Below, piece by piece: positions 45,273 to 56,592 of a stretch of DNA of 64,000 bases (the stretch's first letter is position 1; every line of letters begins with the position of its first letter). This stretch comes from Salisapilia sapeloensis CBS 127946 (lineage: Eukaryota; Protista; Oomycota), in contig JAADVB010000027.1 of the NCBI GenBank assembly GCA_023334545.1, positions 1-64,000 of the forward strand, read 5' to 3'. The notes beneath the pieces are model-generated. The model did not search any database. It was not told the origin of the DNA and saw only the letters and a list, made by a program, of their open reading frames with translations. Position numbers and translations under genes: made by a program.

Positions 45273-47201
45273 ATGCGAGCGACGAGCATTCTAGGCGTCG
45301 CGTTGGCGCTTTTAACATCTCAAGTGCATGCCAACGATAGTCTTCCCGACTCGGTATGTGATTTTGAGTTGAGCAGAATGTACCGACTAGACCCAGAAAC
45401 CTCCTCCAAGTCGAAGCAATACTACACGCAATGCGATCCAAGCGACAGATGTGAAATGTGTCGATGCCGATATATGAAGAAGCGTAAAGTGGGAGACAAA
45501 ATTCACGTCTGGGGCGTCTGCACGGCCGATGAAGACATAGAAACCTGCGAAGAGTCTATTAACAACATCCTGGACACTACGAAAAGTGTCGGCGAGAGAA
45601 GTGACTTTACGTTTTGCGATGAAGACGAACCTGGGATCAGTTCGTCATCGTCTAGCAAATCTGATTCCTCATCAGGAAGTGATGAACTGCCATCGGACGA
45701 TCCACAGGCATCATACGATGCGCCTGGATCATCCACTAGTAACTCTACGTCTGCAGATGCAAGCTCATCTTCAACTTTGGACAAGAACTCGTCGGACAAA
45801 GGTGAGATGGATAACTCAAAGTATGGAAACGGGCCTAACGCTGGAGACGATTCAGTTGACGATGATGACGACCGGTCAAGAGATTCTAGTTCTGCTCAAA
45901 GCTCTCACAGCAGTGCAAACAAAGACAATCATTCAAGTAGTTCTAGTCCCAAGCAAAGCTTTGACAGTGATGATGACGACTCAGCTAGTTATTCTGGCAG
46001 ATATCATCCGGGCAATGTAGTCGGAGGAGCGGGTGTCGGTAGTGACTCAGCTGATTTTAATGGTGACGGCAAAAAAGGCCTGACCTTTGATTCATCTACT
46101 CCGTCTGCATCGGAAACTGACGCAGAAACTGGATCCGATCAGAGCGAATCTGGAATCTATGCGAGTGAACATGATGGTACAAATGATTATCGCCCCGCGA
46201 CTCCTTCCCAGGACAAGGATGCAAAACATTCCAAGCCACCAACTCCTTCCCAGGACGAGAGCAAACAAGATCCTCCGCCATCAACTTCCTCTCAGGACGA
46301 GGACGAGGGAAGCATTGCCTCCGAGAATACGGACAACCCGAACACACTTTCCGACAGATCAAACCAAAAGAGCAGTCGACCTCTCGAATCCAACACTGGA
46401 GCCATCGTCGGTATTGCCATCGCATGTGCTGTTGGCGTCGCGGCAATCGTTGGATTATTCGTCATGCGCCGTCGTCACAATAAACTTCAGAAACAAGCAT
46501 CTGACGGTCCCATTTGGCCTCCTCAAGATGGGTCTATGGGCATGTACGCACCTACGGATCGTGGTACGAGAGAAAGCGCTGATTTACCATCCAACTACGC
46601 TGGCAGCTTCTTGGAGACATTCCGGCCCCCAATGGCGCTGACTACCATGTCCGTTCATGGCCAAGGTGACACTTCAAGAAAAGGTAACTCTAGGTCAGGT
46701 CCGTCTCCGAACCACAAAGGCTCGAAGGATGCGTATAATGACCGCAGCAACAAGAATGACCTCTATGAAAGCGATGACAAGTTCTCTGTTGGAATGAGTG
46801 TGTACGATGACTCGAACCACCAGTCTCTTGATTTCCTTTCCAGCAATGCATCCGGTGCTAGTAGTACCTGGGACGAATTCTCGTCTCGTACAGGTGGCTT
46901 TGCGTCTGCCATGCAGAGCAAGGTGAACAAGGGCGGCAATAACCGAACGAGAGACAAGAACAACTTCAGTCGCGTGGAGGAAGAGTCTGATCCGGACAGC
47001 AGCTCTGGTTTCGAAAATGATGAAGAGTTCTACCGGAATGGTTCCTCGAGCCTCAATCTCAACAGCAGCCTTCCGGCCTATTCTAAGAATAAGAAGACGA
47101 CGGGTGGTATGACTAACAACTGGGGCAGCTCCTCAAGCGCACTAAGTGCTCATGAGGAGGAAATGAGCGACAAGGAAGATCGCAAGTCGATGGAGTTCTG
47201 A
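45273..47201 (+). CDS. Type I membrane protein: signal peptide, 8-Cys domain, S/D-rich stalk, TM, long S-rich tail
   Basis: N-terminal hydrophobic signal ending VHA; Cys at aa 29-115; TM GAIVGIAIACAVGVAAIVGLFVM followed by RRRH. Confidence 0.85.
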   Translation: MRATSILGVALALLTSQVHANDSLPDSVCDFELSRMYRLDPETSSKSKQYYTQCDPSDRCEMCRCRYMKKRKVGDKIHVWGVCTADEDIETCEESINNILDTTKSVGERSDFTFCDEDEPGISSSSSSKSDSSSGSDELPSDDPQASYDAPGSSTSNSTSADASSSSTLDKNSSDKGEMDNSKYGNGPNAGDDSVDDDDDRSRDSSSAQSSHSSANKDNHSSSSSPKQSFDSDDDDSASYSGRYHPGNVVGGAGVGSDSADFNGDGKKGLTFDSSTPSASETDAETGSDQSESGIYASEHDGTNDYRPATPSQDKDAKHSKPPTPSQDESKQDPPPSTSSQDEDEGSIASENTDNPNTLSDRSNQKSSRPLESNTGAIVGIAIACAVGVAAIVGLFVMRRRHNKLQKQASDGPIWPPQDGSMGMYAPTDRGTRESADLPSNYAGSFLETFRPPMALTTMSVHGQGDTSRKGNSRSGPSPNHKGSKDAYNDRSNKNDLYESDDKFSVGMSVYDDSNHQSLDFLSSNASGASSTWDEFSSRTGGFASAMQSKVNKGGNNRTRDKNNFSRVEEESDPDSSSGFENDEEFYRNGSSSLNLNSSLPAYSKNKKTTGGMTNNWGSSSSALSAHEEEMSDKEDRKSMEF

Positions 47202-47252
47202 ATAATTTGAAACAAAGGACATTTCATTTTACTTTTACTATCACGACTTTCG

Positions 47253-49090
47253 TTACTCATCCATTCGACGCAGTAGTTTACGTACGATCTCAACGTCTTC
47301 TGGTTTTTGATGCGTATCGTCCTTCGAAAGCACTAGGCTGAGCAGTCTGCGTGAATTGCGGGAAGCAAAGAAGGCTTCCTCGACAATGGCGATGAAGATG
47401 TTCAGCACAACGTACATGAACAAACTCATAAACAAGTACATGAAGGCTTTGCCAGAAACTGGAAATCCGCCACTGTCAAGAGCTTGGAAGACGTCTAGAA
47501 TCTCGTCTCCATTCATGACAGCAAAGAGAGTGATGATAGAGTCACTCAGCGATCCAAACAGCGCCACTCGAGCACCAAAGTACGTCGAACCGAAGAGTGC
47601 AAAGCCGACAAAGATAGGAGATACACCGGCTAGGAACTGGAGCACTCGCGGGATACTCGTTTTAAGCGTCAAGACAATCGAATACAACGAGTTGCTGTGC
47701 TCGAGATACCCCACGACTGCACTCCAAAGAAAGAGCAAGGCGGAGGAATGTACTAGACGGTGGGTGAAGGCTAATGGGACGTGCGCTTGGGCAGCTGAAA
47801 GGCTCCAAATGCAGCTAGTAATTAACAAAACCAGCGACAAGCATACCAATAGCTGTCTGCGAGATAAAATGCCGTCAGTAGCCATGTATAGGTAGAGACA
47901 AGAGGTTGAAAGGCTTACAGTTTGTTGAAGAGACGAAATTGTAGTGCAAAGGAGGCTTCGACTCTTCCCAATGCAGAGGAGATGACTGGGAACCGTTCGG
48001 ACGGAGACGACATCAGAGGGCTTTCGGGATCTGTTTCGTCTGTCGAATTTACCTGTTCCTCTTCTAGAAACCGTCGCACCCTTGCTACCCTGCGAACGTA
48101 TCAGCAACCTACAAGTTGCTGTAGGAGATAGATTATAACGTACATGTGGAAGGAGCGGTAGACAGCTCGAACGCTCAGCACCAAGTAGATAGAGGCAACG
48201 AGTAAACTGGCCAAGTGGATCCAGACAAAGTGGTCTTGCTGAACTGATTGCCACCAAGGGATGCGGTGACATCGCCGAACTTCGGATTCGTCCACTTCTA
48301 CCTCCATACGCATGCCTTCCCGCACCTGCATTCGCAGTCGGATATTCCAAACAAAGCATTCCGAGTAAAAGCGTCCGGCTTGCATGTCTTTCAGTTGAAA
48401 TGCAAACCGGATCGATTCTGTTGCTCGGACCAACTTCCTCTTTGCGATCGACGGCATGTCCGAGTGAAATGGACCGAGGAAGCCTCTCTCAAAGTCATCC
48501 TGATTAATACTATAGTCCGTCGTTTGTGCTTGCTTTGTATTAGAAACGAATCGCGTGAGGGAAAGATGGAGAGGGGCGATGTCAAAATCATCGGTCAAGA
48601 CGTGTTCGTAATTGGCCACGGATGTCTTCGGCGTTTCAAAGTATGCGCCTGATATGTGCTCCACCGCCGCAAACGTGTCGTTGACAGTGTACAGTGCTCG
48701 CAAATACCTCAATCTATGCCCTAGCGTTTGTACCTTTTCTATTCGACGCTAGGACGGGGGATATGAACGTACTCGTCACCAGCTTCGTCTGCGGATGGAA
48801 GGAAAAAGTAGGCCCTAGGAACATAACGAAGCAAACCATGAGTGGCTTCGAATCGAAACGTCATCCGCGGAAAGCGTTACTCGGGCATCTATTTACCAGT
48901 TTCGATGGGAAGCCCGCAGATACGACGCATTCTGTGCGTCATACAACTGGATTTGCGCTAGTGTCAGGAGCAAAAGCACTAGGTGGAGCACCAGTTTAAC
49001 CGGGACTTTGCGGTACAAGCGCCACTTTTCGACGGGGGACAGCAGCAGCCTCTCGGCAGATCGCATCTCGCTCTTGTCCGACTCGGTCAT
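47253..49090 (-). CDS. MCOLN: Mucolipin/TRPML-like cation channel; multi-exon
   Basis: N-terminal LLLSPVEKWRLYRKVPVKLVLHL, a large extracytosolic loop, and pore/S6 SIITLFAVMNGDEILDVF...YLFMSLFMYVVLNIFIAIVEEAF. Confidence 0.88.
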
Positions 49091-49206
49091 CGTGTGTTTA
49101 AAATTCACCCATACGATTTCTTCCACCTGAGTCGATTAAAGCTCGATTTTGCTTGAACTACACTACTAAGCTCCTTTCGTCACCTACGATACACCTTCGC
49201 TAGACT

Positions 49207-50576
49207 ATGTCAGCTGCAGTCGACGTGTGCGACATTGAAGCTCAGGATTGGTATTTTGATAACCACGGCGAATACAGCCCATGTCTCAAGAACGGCAAAA
49301 TCGCTCGTGTCTGTGTCGATGAAGATGGACAGCGAGACTGTCGCTGTCGATGGCCGAAAGAAAGATACATTGTGGATGGAGATATTGCCATCATGGCCAT
49401 TTGTCAAAAATGGGATGGCGAAGCAGCATGCTTGAGCGACAATGGCACAATATGCGTATCAGGTACTTTGGATCACCGACAGTATGCTGTGCATGCAGTT
49501 AAGTAACTCTGGACGTAGGTGGCAGTGAAGCTGTACGTGCGCATGCACCAGATCTATCGCTTTCCAACAACAGTACTTTTGACTTCGCTTCGAGTGCCTC
49601 CAACTCGGACGCTTCTTCCATAAAGCGTACCCAGCAAGATGGATCAAGCTCACAGGACGAAGCTTTTGAAATGGATAATAACATGATCCTCGTTATCGTC
49701 ATTGCTGCTATCATCATCATCGGCTCTATCCTCTTCATGACCAGACTAGCGTATCAAAGCCGCATCAGATCTCGGGCAGCTCAGTCCGCTGGCACTTCGA
49801 GTAGCACTCAGGATCCTCCAAGCGGTCCTAAACAAGAGACTAAAGGAGCGAGCACCACATCAGATTCAAACGCAACAAATTTGTATGCAAGCAATATGTC
49901 TGGCCTAGCTGCCAACTTCCTCTATCGACTACGTTCATCTGCTTCGTTAAATACCGGATCTGGGCGCTCTACTGATTACCATAGAAATTTGACCCATCAG
50001 TCCGGCCAACAGAGCTCAGACACCACTGCGCAAGGTACACAGGATCTAAATGACATGTTCGGTGGCAAGCAACCGATGCGGGAGTACATGGCAAAGTCTC
50101 AGTTGACAGGCAAATCAGTCTTTTACATGGATTCGGACAATGCAAGGACAGAGGACAAGCTACCTCGCTTCCGGGATGAGTCTCTGCGCCACCCAACAGA
50201 ACAGACAAGTGATCGACGGCGTTTTAATTCTGAGTTTAATACGATGAACACTGGCAATGCAGATGCCATCTACTCTCGGTCGACAATCTCGCTCGGAACG
50301 GATCGCGTTGGGTCCGGCAAGACAGATGAATACTTGAACTCTGCGACACAAAGGACGAACACAAACAATGTACCTTCTGCAGCATATGCGACTGCACCGA
50401 GCTCGAGCAATCGGATGCTGGACACGTGGGCCAGCTACCTCTATGGCGCAGACTCGAGTGAAGAAGATGATTATAAAAGCAGCAACCAAATGAGCAGCTT
50501 CCGTTCTGTCGATGAGCTACATTCGGATCAAACATGGCAAGAGCAGAACAAAGACGAGGATATTGTGCGACTCTAG
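49207..50576 (+). CDS. Single-pass membrane protein with an N-terminal 8-Cys domain (paralogous to 45273) and no evident signal peptide; one intron
   Basis: A 56-nt GT-AG intron at 49463-49518 joins ORFs 49207 and 49671 in frame; TM MILVIVIAAIIIIGSILFM followed by a basic patch. Confidence 0.8.
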
Positions 50577-50648
50577 ACGTACAACATCCTACAGTGTTTA
50601 TTTCGGAAACTGCATAAGGTACAAAACCGTGAATACATATCGCATTCG

Positions 50649-51780
50649 TTATTCCAACTCGGCTACGGTGGTTTCCAAAAGATCTCGCATCGCCTTCAAA
50701 TTGTCAAACCAGTTACTCCACTTGTCCATGTCTTGCATTAAATCCGGTTCCTAAATCACATCAGTCGTAAGCACAAAAGTAGGTAATAAATATAGATGAA
50801 CGCACTTCTAACACGAGGAAGACTTGGCCCTCCGGTCCTTTCTCCTGGAAACCCATGGCTCGCAGGCACTTAAGACCTCCGTCGAACTGACCCACATCTT
50901 GATGAAAGTTTTCGTTCGCGAGTGGAATCTGCCGATAGATGAGGTTTTCAGGAGATGCTACGATATTCTCTAAAATCCTCTGGACACTTGTGACGGTTGT
51001 TTTCACCTGCGCTCTGCTCTCGACTGTCTTTTGAAGATACGCAATCGCTTGCTTTAAAGTTTCAGGTCCAGCATTCCGGACAGCCTCACGATTGCGAGCG
51101 CGCCTCTCCTCACGCTTATCTTCTTCCTCCTTCTCCTTCTTCTCCCTCTCCAGTCTTCGCTGCTCCCGACTTTCGTTGGCCAGTCGTGCCAGTTCCTCTC
51201 TCTCCTCCTTTTCTTTCTTCTCTTGCTGTTCCAGAACTCTAAGCTCCTCCTCTTCTTTCCTCTCTTTCTCTTCTTGAGCCTTCACTCGAGCTGCATGAAG
51301 TCTTTGTTCTTCATTTTGTTTCTCCTGTTCCAATTTGTCAGACTTAGCTGCACGGAACGCAGATATACGGTCTCGTATTTGGTCAGTTATGCTGCTGGAC
51401 TCGTATGCAGACAGCACATTGTCATATTGCGAAAGCACCTCTTCCACTTTTGTTTGCATCTTGGGACCGAAACGAGGTTTTTGGGTGACCGGATCGACGT
51501 AATTCAACCTCTCTCGATACTTGGCGATTTTACGTCTCGTTTCACCTTCTTCTTCAACAGACTCCTAGAAAGTTCAAACGTTATATGCTGCAACTATCTT
51601 ATCTTTGTAATAAACACACGAAGTCTAAGCTCGTACCTGCAGAAATGCAAGCTCCTTTGCTTCTTCGTCTGCTTGTTCTTCATTCTCAATTAAATTTGAA
51701 CTACTCTGCCTCTCTTGCAACAACTCAAAAGTACGTTGGAGCTTGTCCACCGTATCGTTAAGCTGTCTAAACTCGGCCAT
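50649..51780 (-). CDS. PUB (PUG) domain protein with a coiled coil, p97/Cdc48 cofactor-like; multi-exon
   Basis: TVTSVQRILENIVASPENLIYRQIPLANENFHQDVGQFDGGLKCLRAMGF fits PUB; E/K/R-rich coil upstream; spliced last exon ends at 50649. Confidence 0.82.
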
Positions 51781-51942
51781 TCTCGCTTCGGTATCTCGTG
51801 TCAAATTTCGTGTCAAGAATCTATCCGTAATTTACATTTCTCTGCAAACTATAATGACCTACAAAGTATCTTCCACGGTCAACAGATTTAACGAACAAAT
51901 ACTTTTCAACGTAGAGTTTCCATTTACTTCAGTACATATCTT

Positions 51943-53539
51943 TTATTCAGGAATAGTGGCATGGGTCGACGTCGACACGACATTAGTAGACGTCTGTTGT
52001 GACTTGCTTATCAAGTACTTTTGTCGCTTCTCCTCGTTCGTCTTCAAGAAGCGTTCCAAGACGTTACCCAAGAACGGGGCCACGGAATCCCTTTCCTTCT
52101 CGTAACAATACAAGAGTACTCCCATAGAAGATGCAAACAACGCCACTTCTCCATGGGGCACACTACCAACCATCCGACGGTCCTTAAGTAGCAGATACAG
52201 ACTATCCAATGCTCTCGGGAACACGTACAGTGCCAATTCCGAGCGTCGACTTGGCTGCTCGACGAAAATGGACAGTGATGCGCCAAGACCAAACAAGTAG
52301 TACATGAATCGATGGTCGGTGCTGACTACCTTTCGATGCACACATACGAGCGCCAGGAAGAGCGTCACAAAGCACGACACGAACGCATTCGACCTAGCTG
52401 CGTTCGTCACTGCACGAAGTGTCATTTTTCCCGGACTGCTGAGGAATCTCCGGTGCTGGAGCACTAGAGATGGCGCGAGGAACAAAGACAGGTAGAGGGG
52501 AAAGTTACGCAGAAAAGCTTTGTAGAAACATCGGAAACTGCCATGGACACATCCCGTCGCTTCTGCATGAGCGTACGCGCATGGGATGATAGGCGGGTAG
52601 TCTAGTGGCATGGGTGGAGCCACTCGCTTTAAATGAGGATTCTTCCTGATCAACTCTGCCAGCGTGTTTCGGTCGAGAGGCAGCCCTCGATTGCACTCGC
52701 GTACCATCTTCATTAGCTGCGTGGACGTCGGGCTCGTGCCTTGGATGAAACGCATGTACTCTGCTGGCAACGTCGAAGGACGCATGACATAGGCGTACAT
52801 GACCTGCGCACTGGATAGACCAAACAGTAACGAGTCTCCATGGGCCCAGTCGCTTCCCCAAAAGTGCCACGCGCCTCGGTTCTTGAGCATATTGTACGCT
52901 GTTTGCAAGGCTCGAGTGAAGGCGTAAAGAGCGACGGAGCGTTGGCGGGACTTGTTCAAAGAAAACAAGGACAAGGAAGCGACGGCGGCAGACGTCACAG
53001 ACGCAATCTTCAGTCGATGCTTGGCATCTCGAACGTGGTGAGACAAGAGGTGGGAAGTGACAGCCAAGAGGGCACGGTATCCGCCCGAGAAGCCGCCGAT
53101 GAAAAGTCCGAGCGAGACAGCATCCACCCGAAAAGACAGCTTGCTCTCGTCCAAGAGCTCACGTAGATCCAGCACCGATCGTACATTTCTATAAAAATAT
53201 TAGTGCTAGTCCAAGCGGCGTGTGTCTCTGCATCAAATACTTTTTGCGAAGGAGTTTGAAGATGCGCATGAGCAGACCGACACCAGCGCGGAGGTTATAG
53301 GCTAGTAAAAAGTTGGACGTTCCGAGGTAGAGTGCCTGCAATAGCTGTTTGCCCAGTTTCTTGCTCTCCAAGATCTCCACGATCTCCTCGGACGACTTGA
53401 CCTTCTTATCACCGTCTGCAAGCTGATCGATAGAAGAGTTCGATGCGTCGTGGTCCCGAAGACTCAGGTCGGAAGGCGACGGCGTCATCTCCATGTTGGA
53501 AAGTGAAGCGGAGGAGGCTCCTGTTGGCAGCTTCATCAT
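51943..53539 (-). CDS. TMEM135: Transmembrane protein 135 / peroxisomal PMP52-like (Tim17 superfamily)
   Basis: Two Tim17-like halves; HGDSLLFGLSSAQVMYAYVMRPSTLP, YLSLFLAP, FVEQPSRRSELALYVFPRAL. Confidence 0.85.
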
Positions 53540-53776
53540 GCTGTCGGGCGAAGTGGGAGCTTCAGACTTATTGCTGCTCGAACGACGGTCGATGGTTTCA
53601 GCCCCTGGGTGTCAAGATGACGTCATAGTTACTTGCAGATCTCAGGATGCGGCCACCTCCTTTCAGCCAATCGCACATCTGATCTACCTGATAATGTCCG
53701 TGGCCACCCATCCTGTGATCTCACATCTCACGTTGCAGCTCGGACCATAGTCGATCTTGTCAACGCCGGATCTAAC

Positions 53777-54631
53777 ATGGACAGTATGAACGAAACCTGG
53801 ACGCAATACAAGGTCTGGGCCGATGACGTCGAGGAGTCCTTCCTCTCGTGGGTCGACCCGTCCATGAACTACAAGAAGAACCCGATGCAGGACTACCCCG
53901 GGGCGGACTTTGCCACCGTCTTTGCCATCTGCGTCGCGTACGTTGCATTCGTGATCATCGGATCGCTCGTCATGAAGGCTGGCGTCCCAGCCATTAAGAC
54001 CAGTCCGCTGCAGTTCGTGTACAACCCGATCCAGGTCATGCTGTGCTCGTACATGTGCATCGAGGCGGGTATCCAGGCGTACCGCCACAACTACTCGGCC
54101 CTGCCGTGCAACCCGTATGACGCCGAAAAGCCTGTCATGGGCAACGTCCTGTACATGTTCTTCTTGTCCAAGATCTTGGACTTTTGCGACACCATCTTCA
54201 TTATCTTAGGCAAGAAGTGGAATCAGCTGTCGTTCCTGCACGTGTACCACCACCTGACCATCTTCTTCATCTATTACATGAACTTCCGCACCATGTACGA
54301 CGGTGACATCTACGCCACGATCATCCTCAACGGCTTCATCCACACCATCATGTACACGTACTACTTTGTGAGCGCCCACACTAAGGACATTTGGTGGAAA
54401 AAGTACCTCACGGCCATGCAGCTCATCCAGTTCATCACGATGAACGTCCAGGGATACTTGATGATCTCTCGCCAGTGCGATGGCACGCCTCCGACGGTGC
54501 CCGTCCTGTACGTCGTGTACATCCAGTCGCTCTTCTGGCTCTTCATGAACTTTTTCATCCGTTCCTACTGCATGCGTTCTCGCACCCAGTCTGGCAAGAA
54601 GAACAAGAACAAGAACAAGAAGACCCAGTAA
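53777..54631 (+). CDS. ELO: ELO-family fatty-acid elongase, PUFA (delta-6/delta-5) elongase-like
   Basis: KILDFCDT, SFLHVYHH, NGFIHTIMYTYY and TAMQLIQF motifs, with a basic C-terminal tail. Confidence 0.93.
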   Translation: MDSMNETWTQYKVWADDVEESFLSWVDPSMNYKKNPMQDYPGADFATVFAICVAYVAFVIIGSLVMKAGVPAIKTSPLQFVYNPIQVMLCSYMCIEAGIQAYRHNYSALPCNPYDAEKPVMGNVLYMFFLSKILDFCDTIFIILGKKWNQLSFLHVYHHLTIFFIYYMNFRTMYDGDIYATIILNGFIHTIMYTYYFVSAHTKDIWWKKYLTAMQLIQFITMNVQGYLMISRQCDGTPPTVPVLYVVYIQSLFWLFMNFFIRSYCMRSRTQSGKKNKNKNKKTQ

Positions 54632-55135
54632 CCTCGTTTTCCTGTAGAGCGTACGGCGATCAGCAAGTCGTTAGAACACAATGCAGCTGAAAATGTTTAG
54701 TTGTATTCTTTCTCTTCCGTTTGCCTAGAGCTTTTCCGTGAAAGTGCAGTATCAGTTTAGAGACACGGCGGTCACCTGCGATAGCAAGATGTCTACCAAC
54801 ATGTTTCACGCACTCCCGAACTTTTGGAGCTCAACATGAAGCCACTGCCTTTTACAGACTATAACGTAGTATCTAGCCAAGTATCCTTTTCGTGCAGTGC
54901 CTACTTGTACTACAAGTCGCAGAACGTAGTAGCTCTTCGTCTTCAAGTAGTTTCGAGACACTCGAGTGTACCACGAATCCAAGTATACTTGAAAATTGTA
55001 TGGTCAGCCGCAAGAACAGTAAAAAACACCAGGCACGGTCGGCCAGAAGGAGCGACCATCAACGGACTCGAGAGCTTGACAAGGACGGTCAATTTTCAGA
55101 CTTGAGAACCTTTATTGAAAAGTTCTCATGCAAAG

Positions 55136-56569
55136 ATGGTCATTTTAAAAGACAGCGGTAGTGAAAGCCCTAGGAGCGTCTCGAGCGACTCGTCCAGCGT
55201 CAGCTCCAGCGCCAGCGAGCACGACCCGAACGATGAACCTGCGCCGCCAGTGCCAGCAGAAGAGCCGCCAAAAGTATCCTACCCGGTGGCAGATGTCCAC
55301 GAAAGTGATACACTGATAACCCCAGAAGAAGAGAATGACAACAGCTCCGTCAGTAGTTCCAGCTTTAGCTCCAGCAGCGACAGCGACAATGAACACAATA
55401 CGACGTTGGAACCAGAGTTCCAGAAGGAGAATACCTCCATTCAAAGTGCAGTCGTAGATGCTGTGTCTGTAGAAAACAACGAGGCAGACACTACGGACGG
55501 AAACCCCGAGGCTGAAGGACCGACTGATAGTCCGAAAGACACGTTGGATGCTTCCATCCATCTCGATGCTGTGCAGGTAGAACAGTCCCCTGCAAGTGAC
55601 GACACGTCCGACGCACCCTTTTCCCTCCAGTCATCCTACCCAAAGCTTCCACCTGCCCCAGTCGACGCCCTCATCTCCCTCCGGCTCCAATCTCGTCAAG
55701 ACGAGCTCAAGATCTCCGACGACTTGCTTCAGCAGGAAGTCGCGTCCGCTCGAACGCACTTGCAAGAGCTGGAGGCTAAATCTTCTCGTCAGAAGAACAA
55801 ACTGTCTGCCTCCACCAACTCATTTGCCATTCCTCTTCCTTCCGCGTCTCCTACCGACGCTGGAGCAGTGAGCTGTCGATGCGGCAATAACGTCGATGAT
55901 GGTCGTACAATGGTCCAGTGCGAGGACTGTCTCAAGTGGGAGCATGTCCTGTGCATAGGTGAGCCTCCCTCACGCGTACAAGACCCTACCTTCCGGTTCT
56001 TCTGTCTCGACTGCGAGTGGGAGTTCCGGTGCGTCTGTGGCATACGAGCGAAGAACCATGACGACGGGTCGCACATGATCTGCTGTGACTTTTGTAAGAA
56101 CTGGTTGCACTCGTTCTGTGTCAAGGTCGATCCGAACGACCCGCCAGAGACGTACAAGTGTCCTCGATGTAAAAAGGCTGGCAGTCGAAGGCTAAAGCAG
56201 AGGAAGGAGGCGCGCGAACGGAAGAAGAAGGACGTGAGGCCTCCACCTCCGCCACCGACCACGCCTCCTCCGCCACCAGAGTCTAGTCCTCCGCCGCCTC
56301 CTCCATCGACCCCACCGCCAGTCCTGCGTGGGAGAAATACGAACAACTCGAGGTCGAGCGACTTGACTTTTGACGAGGAAAAGCTCACTGTGGTCGTTCG
56401 GCCCAACCTGCCGTCGAGTTCAGGACCATCGAAAGGTCTGTCGCCCATGTCTCCGACAAGTCCGGGAGGAGAGACGCCGAGAGGAAGCAACGGCAAACGA
56501 GGGAGGAAGCGCAAGCCAGGGACTGCCAAGAGTCGATTGGAAAAGAAGCTACGAAAGAGACGTCGTTAA
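55136..56569 (+). CDS. Tandem PHD-finger chromatin protein with an acidic N-terminus and poly-Pro/basic C-terminus
   Basis: CRCG...MVQCEDCLKWEHVLC...FFCLDC directly followed by CVCG...MICCDFCKNWLHSFC...YKCPRC. Confidence 0.87.
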   Translation: MVILKDSGSESPRSVSSDSSSVSSSASEHDPNDEPAPPVPAEEPPKVSYPVADVHESDTLITPEEENDNSSVSSSSFSSSSDSDNEHNTTLEPEFQKENTSIQSAVVDAVSVENNEADTTDGNPEAEGPTDSPKDTLDASIHLDAVQVEQSPASDDTSDAPFSLQSSYPKLPPAPVDALISLRLQSRQDELKISDDLLQQEVASARTHLQELEAKSSRQKNKLSASTNSFAIPLPSASPTDAGAVSCRCGNNVDDGRTMVQCEDCLKWEHVLCIGEPPSRVQDPTFRFFCLDCEWEFRCVCGIRAKNHDDGSHMICCDFCKNWLHSFCVKVDPNDPPETYKCPRCKKAGSRRLKQRKEARERKKKDVRPPPPPPTTPPPPPESSPPPPPPSTPPPVLRGRNTNNSRSSDLTFDEEKLTVVVRPNLPSSSGPSKGLSPMSPTSPGGETPRGSNGKRGRKRKPGTAKSRLEKKLRKRRR

Positions 56570-56592
56570 GCGCTAAGAAATCTATATTCCTT

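Noticed and set aside
54846-54890. GCCTTTTAC (U5 loop I-like) and GTATCCTTT (U12 5' splice site-like)
   Set aside because: No flanking U5 stem or Sm site, and no exon context for a U12 intron; 9-mers occur at chance frequency.
55789-56529. 246-aa Gly-rich antisense ORF over the PHD gene
   Set aside because: Mirror of the poly-Pro codons; similar shadows over Sec24, MED15 and the 45273 gene were also ignored.
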